Origin: an uncultured Alphaproteobacteria bacterium
GTDB lineage: Bacteria; Pseudomonadota; Alphaproteobacteria; CAAHEQ01; UBA3637
Direction: 5' to 3'
Assembly: GCA_947624545.1 (NCBI GenBank)
Contig: CANQKV010000002.1
Location: 1 to 53,692 of the forward strand
DNA: 53,692 bases
Part shown: positions 26,622 to 34,508 of the stretch, in pieces
Numbering within the stretch: position 1 is the stretch's first letter
Layout of the letters: each line of letters starts with the position of its first letter
Program-made: the position numbers and the translations under genes
The notes under the pieces: generated by a model
The model's database searches: none
Told to the model about the DNA's origin: nothing
The model's input: the letters and a program-made list of their open reading frames with translations, nothing else

Positions 26622-27923
26622 ATGAAAATCGGAATAATCGGAACAGGCTATGTGGGATTGCCGACGGGTGTCGGATTGGCAGAGCTGGGTAATACGGTTG
26701 TGTGCGTTGATAAATTAAAAGAAAAAATTGATTCGTTAAAGCGTGGAAAAGTTACTTTATATGAAGAAGGGTTGGAAGAACTGTATCAAAAAAATATGGC
26801 TGCGGGGCGTTTGACTTTTACAACCAATATGAAAAAAGCAATATCGGGCGCTGATGTTGTTTTGATTGCCGTCGGAACACCGCCGCATCCCGTGACACAC
26901 GAAGCCGATTTAAGTTTTATTTATGCGGCAGCAACGGAATTGGCAGAATATTTGACGGATTATACGGTTGTGGCAACAAAATCAACGGTGCCGGTGGGAA
27001 CCGGTGATAATATCGAAAAAATAATTCGAACAAAGAATCCGACGGCGCGTTTTGATGTGATTTCACTGCCCGAATTTTTACGGGAAGGTTTTGCCGTTCA
27101 TGACTTTTTTCATCCGGATCGCATTGTGGTGGGATCGAATTCGAAGAAAGCAACCGAGGTGATTAAAAAATTGTATCGACCTTTTCAGGAAAAAACAACC
27201 CTGTTGGTTGTTTCCCGCCGTTCCAGTGAAACAATCAAATATGCATCCAACGCTTTTTTGGCAATGAAAATACATTACATTAACGAAATAGCAAATTTTT
27301 GCGAAAAAGCAGGCGCAGATGTATCGGAGGTTGCCAAAGGAATGGGGCTGGATTCGCGAATCGGACCGAAGTTTTTAAATGCAGGGGTCGGATTCGGCGG
27401 CAGTTGTTTCCCGAAAGATACCATGGCAATGGCTTTTATGGGACGTATGCTCGGAACGCCGATTGAGCTGATTGAAACGACCATTGCGGGTAATAAAAAG
27501 CGTAAGAAACAAATGGCAGAGCGAATATTGAATGAAATTAAAGAAATGCCGAATGCCAAAATCGGTGTTTGGGGTTTGGCCTTTAAAAACGGCACGGATG
27601 ATTGTCGTCAAAGTCCGGCAATGGATATTATCGGCGAATTGTTGCTGCATCAGGCGAACATAACGGCTTATGACCCGAAAGCAATGGGAGCAGCCTGTCA
27701 ATTGTTAGGCGATAAAATTGATTATGCCGATGATATGTACAGTGCTGCCAAGGAAGCCGATGTGTTGGTTATTCTAACCGAATGGCCGGAATTTGCGAAT
27801 GCGGATCTTGATGTTCTGTCGCAACTGATGAATCATAAAATTATTATTGATTTCAGAAATATGTTAAACAAAGATAAGCTGACAAAAAGAGGATTTAAAT
27901 ATCAATCTGTCGGCAGAGCGTAA
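26622..27923 (+). CDS. ugd: UDP-glucose 6-dehydrogenase
   Basis: It has the Rossmann motif 'MKIGIIGTGYVGLPTG' and the catalytic 'GFGGSCFPKD'. ATG 26622 is preferred because 'aaagga' lies 6 nt upstream. The ORF-track start is 26607. Confidence 0.93.
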   Translation: MKIGIIGTGYVGLPTGVGLAELGNTVVCVDKLKEKIDSLKRGKVTLYEEGLEELYQKNMAAGRLTFTTNMKKAISGADVVLIAVGTPPHPVTHEADLSFIYAAATELAEYLTDYTVVATKSTVPVGTGDNIEKIIRTKNPTARFDVISLPEFLREGFAVHDFFHPDRIVVGSNSKKATEVIKKLYRPFQEKTTLLVVSRRSSETIKYASNAFLAMKIHYINEIANFCEKAGADVSEVAKGMGLDSRIGPKFLNAGVGFGGSCFPKDTMAMAFMGRMLGTPIELIETTIAGNKKRKKQMAERILNEIKEMPNAKIGVWGLAFKNGTDDCRQSPAMDIIGELLLHQANITAYDPKAMGAACQLLGDKIDYADDMYSAAKEADVLVILTEWPEFANADLDVLSQLMNHKIIIDFRNMLNKDKLTKRGFKYQSVGRA

Positions 27924-28131
27924 AAATGAAAAACAAAGATAAATAATAAGTAGAAAGTTAATTAATATTTTTGGTTTTCGTTTCAGATATGAAAATATAA
28001 AAGAAATCAACATTTCTTTCAATCAGTGTTGTTTATGTTAAAATCAACCGATTCGGCGGATTTTTTCATTTATTTTTAAAAATCAAACAGTTATTAAAGA
28101 ATATTTCTTATAAAATTGCACCAACTAGACC

Positions 28132-28333
28132 AACGTTTATTTGGTGCAAAAAGCATTAACGAATCATTGAACGGATAACAACAAAAACACGCTGTCAAAT
28201 ATGTTATTTTTTCCAAAGCAGGAGTTTATTTATCATGTCAAAAATAATGGATAAAGCACTTTATTTAATAAAATTCATCCATCAAAAAAAAGCGGAAAAG
28301 AAAAATATTCTAATTCTTCAAAACTCTCCGTTT
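28132..28333 (+). repeat. Right copy of the 202-bp perfect inverted repeat (103-nt leader plus the first 33 codons of the 631-aa GT gene)
   Basis: It is identical to the reverse complement of 22339-22540. Identity stops abruptly at codon 34 (R versus M) and decays to 8 of 11 matches just beyond the inner edge. Confidence 0.92.
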
Positions 28334-30130
28334 CGCAAAACAAATGAACGAAAAACAGCTTATGAGTTATTAAACACTTCCAAGTATTTTGATAAAAAGT
28401 GGTATTTAAAAACATATCCCGATGTGGCAAAGGCAGGAATTGATCCGATTAAGCATTATTTAAAATACGGCTGGAAAGAGGGGCGAAACCCCGGTCGATT
28501 ATTTGACGGGAATATGTATCTTTCATTATATGATGACGTTAAGCGAGCAGATATAAATCCGTTAGTGCATTATTTACGCTTCGGAATGAAAGAAAAACGC
28601 AAAATTCATCGTGTTTTTGAAAATAAAAAGGGGTTTGTTCAAGTTTATGAGAAAATTCTTTTAAAATTACCGTTTTATAAAACAAATGAGAAACAAACAG
28701 ATTATGAATTATTAAATACTTCCAAATATTTTGATAAAAAGTGGTATTTAAAAACATATCCCGATGTGGCAAAGGCGGGAATTGATCCGATTAAGCATTA
28801 TTTAAAATACGGCTGGAAAGAGGGGCGAAACCCCGGTCGATTATTTGACGGGAATATGTATCTTTCATTATATGATGACGTTAAGAACTCAAATATGAAT
28901 CCGTTAGTACATTACTTACGCTTCGGAATGAAAGAAAAGCGTTTATTACGTTTGTTAAGAAAAGAAAACAGTCTTGTTTCGTTGTTTAAAAAACCCGTAT
29001 TTTTAAAACGATGTAATCAAATTACAAAACAAAAAAATGACTTTAAAAATATAATAAAGCTTAAAGTTTGTTATATAACTTATACGAGGCGAGTTGTTGA
29101 TTTAATTAAAGATCCTTCCGTTCGATACAGATGTTACAATCCGTCGGAAGCTTTATCCGAAATTGCCGCAGTTGCAACAGTTTGTGATTTAAAAACATTT
29201 TTAAAATTTCCCTCTTATCATTATGATATTTATGTTTTTCATCGTCCGTGTTCAATGAACGGAAAATTTAAAAAAATTTTTCAACAACTGAAAAAACGTC
29301 ATAAAATTTTAATTGCCGATTATGATGATTTAATTTTCAGCAAAAATGTACAAACCGTTCAACAAGCCCCCATTAAATTATGTGAGGGACAAACGCTTGC
29401 TCAAACACGTCAAATTATGAATGATTTCACGGAAACATTAAAATTGTTTGATAATTTTTCCGTAACGACAGCTGCCCTTCAAAACGCCGTTTTGGAAATA
29501 AAACCAAAGGCAAATGTTTCCATTGTTCATAATTTTATACCCGAATCGGTACTTTCATTTATTAAACAACAAAATTTGCAAAATGCGCCTAAAGATAAAA
29601 ATTTAATTATGTATTGTTCAGGCGGAAAAACACATAACGAAGATTTACAATCCGTTACGCCTGCGCTGATACAAACGCTTGATGCTCATCCCGAGTTAAA
29701 ATTAATGATTGTCGGCACTATTGATGTCCCAAATGAGTTAGAACGGCACAAACAGTATGTTTATACAGAACGATGTTTATATTTATATTTATATTTATTA
29801 AAAGTAATGAGTACTGCCGCGCTTCAAATTGCGCCGTTAATTGATACACCGACAACACGATGCAAATCGAATATCAAATTTTTGGAATCGGCTTTAACGG
29901 GCTGCGCTTTAATTACTTCCGATTGCGCTGATACTGTCGCCGATGCTCAAAAAGGCGCCCATATCGGGGTTGCACACTGCCAAGAAGATTGGTATCAGTT
30001 TATTCACAATCGTGCCAAGCTGATTGATTCTAAAACCAGACAAAAAAATATTAAATATGTTGAAAAACATTATACAAAAAATGTTTTTTTAAAAGAGTTT
30101 AATCAGCTGTTGGCTCATTACAGGAGATAA
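28235..30130 (+). CDS. Glycosyltransferase-like protein: 33-aa shared leader, 2 near-identical repeat modules, C-terminal GT-B-like domain
   Basis: The N-terminal 33 aa are identical to those of the 854-aa protein. The modules read 'YELLNTSKYFDKKWYLKTYPDVAKAGIDPIKHYLKYGWKEGRNPGRLFDGNMYLSLYDDVK'. The C-terminal domain is homologous to the C-terminus of the 854-aa protein. Confidence 0.75.
   Translation: MSKIMDKALYLIKFIHQKKAEKKNILILQNSPFRKTNERKTAYELLNTSKYFDKKWYLKTYPDVAKAGIDPIKHYLKYGWKEGRNPGRLFDGNMYLSLYDDVKRADINPLVHYLRFGMKEKRKIHRVFENKKGFVQVYEKILLKLPFYKTNEKQTDYELLNTSKYFDKKWYLKTYPDVAKAGIDPIKHYLKYGWKEGRNPGRLFDGNMYLSLYDDVKNSNMNPLVHYLRFGMKEKRLLRLLRKENSLVSLFKKPVFLKRCNQITKQKNDFKNIIKLKVCYITYTRRVVDLIKDPSVRYRCYNPSEALSEIAAVATVCDLKTFLKFPSYHYDIYVFHRPCSMNGKFKKIFQQLKKRHKILIADYDDLIFSKNVQTVQQAPIKLCEGQTLAQTRQIMNDFTETLKLFDNFSVTTAALQNAVLEIKPKANVSIVHNFIPESVLSFIKQQNLQNAPKDKNLIMYCSGGKTHNEDLQSVTPALIQTLDAHPELKLMIVGTIDVPNELERHKQYVYTERCLYLYLYLLKVMSTAALQIAPLIDTPTTRCKSNIKFLESALTGCALITSDCADTVADAQKGAHIGVAHCQEDWYQFIHNRAKLIDSKTRQKNIKYVEKHYTKNVFLKEFNQLLAHYRR
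28334..28954 (+). repeat. In-frame tandem duplication, period 342 bp (114 aa), inside the 631-aa gene
   Basis: The core 28385-28543 differs from 28727-28885 at 1 of 159 positions by manual alignment. The flanks are more diverged. Confidence 0.85.
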
Positions 30131-30132
30131 TC

Positions 30133-31386
30133 ATGAATTTTTTATTTTATTTGGAACCGCATCCGATTCGCAATTCATATATAAATTTTGTCGGAACAAT
30201 CAGATATTTTTTGCCCGTGTTTAAAAATATATCATCTGATGATAAAATTTTTATTTACAGTAATAAAACGGCACTTGATAATATTCGGCAGAAATATAAA
30301 ATTGATTCGTCTGCTTTAATTTATCCGACGGCGGAGGAAGAACAGTTTTTCGAATCGTTTATGACGGATTGGGAAACAACAGGTATTCGTGATTGGATGA
30401 CATTAATGGCAAAACCGAATGCCCGATATGTTCAAATCATTAAAAGAGTTTGTCGGGATAATAATATTCATTATTTATTACATTGGGCAACAAATGCTTC
30501 GGTTAAACAGGCTTTAAAAGGAACAAAAGTCGGTCTTATTGATATGGAGTTGGGATGCTGTCGCGCTCCTTATTTATCAACTTTGGCTGCCGACCCTTGG
30601 GGCGTGAACGGTGGTGCTGTTTTATCAAAAGCTTCCGATAAAGATTTAAATGTTGTAGATGAAGTTAATCCTGCCGTGTTAGATTTAATGGAATTTTCAA
30701 AACATGCCGATGATGAAGCTTATTTAAAAGGATTTGAATATTTTACCAATAAAAAACTTCTTTCTTTTTTGGATAAAGGAAATAAAGTCGCTTTTATTCC
30801 GTTGCAATTATTTGATGATGCAAACTTATTGATGTATTCCCCTTTTAAAAGTCCGCTTGAAGCGTTAAAAGCCGTGTTACCGATACTCAATCAGTATCAT
30901 TATTCTTGTATTATCAAAGAACATCCGTTATCGGAAAGACGAGGCGGGTTATCCCTTAAAGCAAACGCCGAAGCCAAAAAATATGCCAAAACTTTTAAAA
31001 ATATTTTGTGGATTGATAAATCTTTTATGGATTTAAATAATGCATTGATTTATAAATTGGCGGATTTAGTCATTACAATTAACTCTTCTACCGGCTTTGA
31101 AGCCCTGTTTTATGATAAGCCCGTTGTTGTGTTGGGAGAGGCGGTTTATAAGGTTTCAGGTGTTTTCCCGACACTAAAACAATTTGTTTCCGATCAATTT
31201 AATAAAAAAGATTATTTGCTTAAAATTGCAAAAATACGTTCGTTCTTTTTAAAGAGCTATTTAATTGACGAACAAACGTTTGATTATGATTCTTTTAAAA
31301 AACGAATGGTGTTATTGGGTAATTTAAGTCGGCAACGGCTGTCAACGAAAAAAATTATTGAAATATTGTGGAAAAATAAAAATTAG
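30133..31386 (+). CDS. Capsule polysaccharide biosynthesis protein, KpsS/KpsC-like (Capsule_synth family), copy 2
   Basis: 'VAFIPLQLFDDANLLMYSPF', 'CIIKEHPLS' and 'VITINSSTGFEALFYDKPVVVLGEAVY' match the family blocks. It is colinear with 18609-19871 ('FLFYLEPHPIRN' versus 'FLFYVEPHPIRN'). The SD 'aggag' lies in the end of the upstream gene. Confidence 0.6.
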   Translation: MNFLFYLEPHPIRNSYINFVGTIRYFLPVFKNISSDDKIFIYSNKTALDNIRQKYKIDSSALIYPTAEEEQFFESFMTDWETTGIRDWMTLMAKPNARYVQIIKRVCRDNNIHYLLHWATNASVKQALKGTKVGLIDMELGCCRAPYLSTLAADPWGVNGGAVLSKASDKDLNVVDEVNPAVLDLMEFSKHADDEAYLKGFEYFTNKKLLSFLDKGNKVAFIPLQLFDDANLLMYSPFKSPLEALKAVLPILNQYHYSCIIKEHPLSERRGGLSLKANAEAKKYAKTFKNILWIDKSFMDLNNALIYKLADLVITINSSTGFEALFYDKPVVVLGEAVYKVSGVFPTLKQFVSDQFNKKDYLLKIAKIRSFFLKSYLIDEQTFDYDSFKKRMVLLGNLSRQRLSTKKIIEILWKNKN

Positions 31387-31394
31387 AAAAAATA

Positions 31395-31425
31395 CCGTTT
31401 CTTGAAAAAGAAACGGCGATTTTTC
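31395..31425. terminator. Bidirectional terminator (KpsS-like copy 2 / merR); right edge of the polysaccharide island
   Basis: ccgtttctt (31395-31403), a gaaa loop and aagaaacgg (31408-31416) form a 9-bp stem followed by cgattttt. An A-rich run lies upstream. Confidence 0.65.
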
Positions 31426-31436
31426 CTAACATCAAT

Positions 31437-31784
31437 TTAAAGATAATCAGCCAAATAGGTTTTTAATTCCGTTAAATCGTTAATTAACTTTTCGGTTGCC
31501 GGAGAAGTTTCTTCCGATTTTTCAGCCATCAATTCATCGGGATTCTTGCGTGTGATTTTTAAACGCTTTTGAACCCCTTTAATCGTAAAACCTTCTTTGT
31601 ATAAATAATCTCGAATACGCGCCAATAAAACAACATCTTCCGCTTCGTAATAACGACGCCCCATTCGTTTAATCGGCTTGATTTGATGAAATTGTGTTTC
31701 CCAAAAGCGCAATACGGATGCCGGCACTTGCAGTAAATCTGCAACTTCGGTAATGTTTCGATATGCGTTTTCGGTTTTCAACAT
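31437..31784 (-). CDS. MerR-family transcriptional regulator (the type conserved downstream of ihfA)
   Basis: The HTH is 'ITEVADLLQVPASVLRFWETQFHQIKPIKRMGRRYYEAEDVVLLARIRDYLYKEGFTIKGVQ'. Confidence 0.8.
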   Translation of the reverse strand: MLKTENAYRNITEVADLLQVPASVLRFWETQFHQIKPIKRMGRRYYEAEDVVLLARIRDYLYKEGFTIKGVQKRLKITRKNPDELMAEKSEETSPATEKLINDLTELKTYLADYL

Positions 31785-31787
31785 CGA

Positions 31788-32075
31788 TTATTTTAAAGCG
31801 TTTTTCAGCGCGTTGGATGCTTTAAACGAAAGCACCGTTCGCGGAGTGATGGTGTGTTGTTTGCCTGTTTTCGGATTGCGACCGATTCGGGCTTTCTTCG
31901 TATGAGGAATAAAGGTTGCAAAACGGGAAATTTTAACTGTTTCCCCTTCCCCCAAAGCCTCAACGATACCGGCAATAATTTGCTCAATCAGTTTGAAAGC
32001 TTCCGAATGTGAAAATCCGAGTTCTCTGTAAATAGCGTCGGCAATATCTGCCCGTGTGATTGTTTTGGTTTTCAT
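31788..32075 (-). CDS. ihfA: Integration host factor subunit alpha
   Basis: 'TRADIADAIYRELGFSHSEA...RIGRNPKTGKQHTITPRTVLSFKASNALK' fits IHF-alpha. The plsX-fabH-ihfA-merR order is typical of alphaproteobacteria. Confidence 0.85.
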   Translation of the reverse strand: MKTKTITRADIADAIYRELGFSHSEAFKLIEQIIAGIVEALGEGETVKISRFATFIPHTKKARIGRNPKTGKQHTITPRTVLSFKASNALKNALK

Positions 32076-32144
32076 TTTTTTTCTCCTCGTTATTTTTTAT
32101 ATTGTTATATTGTCATATTTTTTAAAGAATTTCAAGTGTTTTTT

Positions 32145-33107
32145 TTATAAACGTATTAAAGCGCCCGCCCAAGTGAAGCCGCCGCCCATTGCGTCTAATA
32201 AAATTAAATGCCCCTTTTTGAGCTTTCCGGAAGCAATGCCGTGATGCAAAGCCAACGGAATTGAGGCTGCCGATGTATTGCCGTGTTCCGTTAATGTAAC
32301 GATAACCCGCTCCATCGGTATATTCAGCTTTTTGGCTGTTCCCTCTATAATACGCACATTGGCTTGATGCGGTACCAAAAAGTCAATCGCATTTTTATCC
32401 GTGTGCGTTCTGTTCAAGACTTCTTCCGCAACATCGGTTAAGTTAATAACCGCGCGTCGAAAGACTTCGCGTCCTTCCATGAGGACATAACCTGCCGTTT
32501 GCGTGCGGGAAACACCGCCCGTGGTGGTTAATAAGTTCCGAAAACGACCGTCGGAGTGCAAAACAATATCCAGTATGCCCGATTCGCCGTCTTCTTCGGT
32601 TGAAGCACTGATAACGGCGGCTCCCGCACCATCGCCAAACAACACACAGGTGTTTCGGTCTTTCCAGTCAACAATGCGAGATAATGTTTCCGCACCGATA
32701 ACGAGCGCCGTTTTAACGCTTTTGTTTAAAATAAATTGATTCGCCGTATTTAAAGCATACACAAAACCGGAGCAGGCGGCTTGAATGTCAAAAGCAAACC
32801 CGTGCGTCATGCCGATGGCTTCCTGTACGCGAACAGCCGTTGAGGGCGTCGTATCATCGGGAGTTGTGGTTGCCAAAATAAGCAAATCAATATCTTCCCC
32901 CGTTAAGTGTGCATTTTTCAGAGCTTCTTTTGCAGCGTAAACGGCTAATGTGGAGGTGTATTCCGTTTTATCGGCAATGTGACGGCGTTGAATGCCCGTT
33001 CGTTCCCGAATCCAAGCATCGCTGGTATCTACCATTTTTTCCAAATCAAAGTTTGTTAATATTTTTTCTGGTAAATAACTGCCGGTACCGCGAATAACAG
33101 ATTTCAT
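32145..33107 (-). CDS. fabH: Beta-ketoacyl-ACP synthase III
   Basis: The active-site Cys is in 'IQAACSGFVYAL', with 'VPHQANVRII' and 'GNTSAASIPLAL' also present. Confidence 0.95.
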   Translation of the reverse strand: MKSVIRGTGSYLPEKILTNFDLEKMVDTSDAWIRERTGIQRRHIADKTEYTSTLAVYAAKEALKNAHLTGEDIDLLILATTTPDDTTPSTAVRVQEAIGMTHGFAFDIQAACSGFVYALNTANQFILNKSVKTALVIGAETLSRIVDWKDRNTCVLFGDGAGAAVISASTEEDGESGILDIVLHSDGRFRNLLTTTGGVSRTQTAGYVLMEGREVFRRAVINLTDVAEEVLNRTHTDKNAIDFLVPHQANVRIIEGTAKKLNIPMERVIVTLTEHGNTSAASIPLALHHGIASGKLKKGHLILLDAMGGGFTWAGALIRL

Positions 33108-33118
33108 TAATTCCTCTC

Positions 33119-34165
33119 TTACTCTTCGCCGGATATATCCGGTACGTCAACATCCATCACATGTTTTAATTCGTTTTTAATTTTATCACATAAATTGTTG
33201 CGCGCCATTCGAACCGCCGATTCAATCGCGCAGGCAAAAGCAAACGAATCCGCCCCGCCGTGACTTTTAACGGAAATACCGTTCAAGCCCAAAAACATGG
33301 CGCCGTTATACATACGCGGATCCATTTTCTTTTTCAGTTGCCTTAATGTCGGTTTGGCAATTAAAAACCCGAGGGAAGCAAACACAGAGTGCTTGACGGC
33401 TTTTTTCATCATGCTTGTAATAAATTTTGCCGTTCCTTCAATGGTTTTTAAAGCGACATTGCCGGAGAATCCGTCGGCGACAACCACGTTGGATTTACCG
33501 GCGCAAATATCATTCCCTTCCACAAAGCCGACAAAATTGATTTTTCCTTCCAACCCTTTTAAAACGCTGGCGGCTTCACGAATTTCATCACGTCCTTTCG
33601 TTTCTTCCGAACCGATGTTGAGTAAACCCACCGACGGCTTTTCGGTTTGAAACAAAACATGGTGCAACACATGTCCCATAATGGAAAATTCAATTAAATT
33701 TTGTGAGTTACACTCGGCATTAGCGCCTAAATCCAAGGCAACAATCGGTCCGGTTGCCGACGGTAAAACCGCCGCAATGGCAGGACGATCAATGCCCGAT
33801 AACGTGCCTAAGCAGATTTTACTCATTGCCATTAACGCGCCGGTATTCCCTGCGGAAACAACGGCTTTCGCATAACCGTTGCGCACGGACATAATGGCTT
33901 TCCACATGCTGCTTTCGCGTCCTGAACGAACAGCAACGGAAGGCTTGGCATCGCCTTTGATAACATCTGTTGTCGGATGAATTTTATATCTGTCGTCGGG
34001 CAGACGATTCGCATCTGCCAGTTTTTTAATTTTTACTTCATCACCGAACAGAAAGAAAAACACGGATTTGTCTTTCTTTGCAACGCGGGCAACTCCTTCT
34101 ATAATCGCCTCGGGAGCATTATCGCCCCCCATTGCATCAATAGCTATGACAAGAGTTTCACTCAA
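33119..34165 (-). CDS. plsX: Phosphate acyltransferase PlsX
   Basis: 'IAIDAMGGDNAPEAIIEG', 'VSAGNTGALMA' and 'GISVKSHGGAD' are present. Confidence 0.95.
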   Translation of the reverse strand: MSETLVIAIDAMGGDNAPEAIIEGVARVAKKDKSVFFFLFGDEVKIKKLADANRLPDDRYKIHPTTDVIKGDAKPSVAVRSGRESSMWKAIMSVRNGYAKAVVSAGNTGALMAMSKICLGTLSGIDRPAIAAVLPSATGPIVALDLGANAECNSQNLIEFSIMGHVLHHVLFQTEKPSVGLLNIGSEETKGRDEIREAASVLKGLEGKINFVGFVEGNDICAGKSNVVVADGFSGNVALKTIEGTAKFITSMMKKAVKHSVFASLGFLIAKPTLRQLKKKMDPRMYNGAMFLGLNGISVKSHGGADSFAFACAIESAVRMARNNLCDKIKNELKHVMDVDVPDISGEE

Positions 34166-34174
34166 AATAAATCC

Positions 34175-34366
34175 TTATTTCTCTGCTTTTTCTTTTTTAA
34201 CGATAACTTCTTTTTTGTTGTAGGTGCCGCATGATTCGCAAACATGGTGCGGACGCACCAATTCGCCACATTTCGGACATTCATTGCAAGCGTTTGATTT
34301 TAAAGCCAAATGCGAACGCCGCATATTCTTTTTTGATTTCGATGTTTTTTTCTTTGGTACTGCCAT
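34175..34366 (-). CDS. rpmF: 50S ribosomal protein L32
   Basis: '[19 protein letters not shown]' is followed by the zinc-ribbon CxxC...CxxC ('[18 protein letters not shown]'). Confidence 0.95.
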   Translation of the reverse strand: MAVPKKKTSKSKKNMRRSHLALKSNACNECPKCGELVRPHHVCESCGTYNKKEVIVKKEKAEK

Positions 34367-34508
34367 TTTTCATTCTCACTTTAATAATTAACGGAACATC
34401 ACCCATTGATATTCCTTCTTCATGTAAACAGATTACTCTTATACATAAAAATCATTTTTTTTGCAAGTGTTTTTTTGTATTTTCCGTAAAAATAAGGAAA
34501 ATTCTTGC

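Noticed and set aside
27924-28131. A possible terminator or small RNA in the ugd-to-repeat spacer (stems aaagaaat/atttcttt, and ccg-att-cgg followed by T6).
   Set aside because: The stems are short and almost pure A-U, or only 3 bp. Neither meets usual intrinsic-terminator criteria, so the region is treated as permissive for read-through. Weak termination cannot be excluded.
22339-28333. The 5.6-kb segment flanked by 202-bp inverted repeats as a composite transposon or IS-bounded element.
   Set aside because: There is no transposase, integrase or IS-like ORF inside or nearby. The repeats are gene 5' ends rather than IS termini, and no target-site duplication is visible at the outer edges.
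29776-29799. Hexanucleotide microsatellite (TTTATA)x3 + TTTATT inside the 631-aa gene (encodes LYLYLYL) as a phase-variation tract.
   Set aside because: The unit length is a multiple of three, so slippage cannot switch the frame. Only three units are present, so it is likely a compositional accident of AT-rich DNA.
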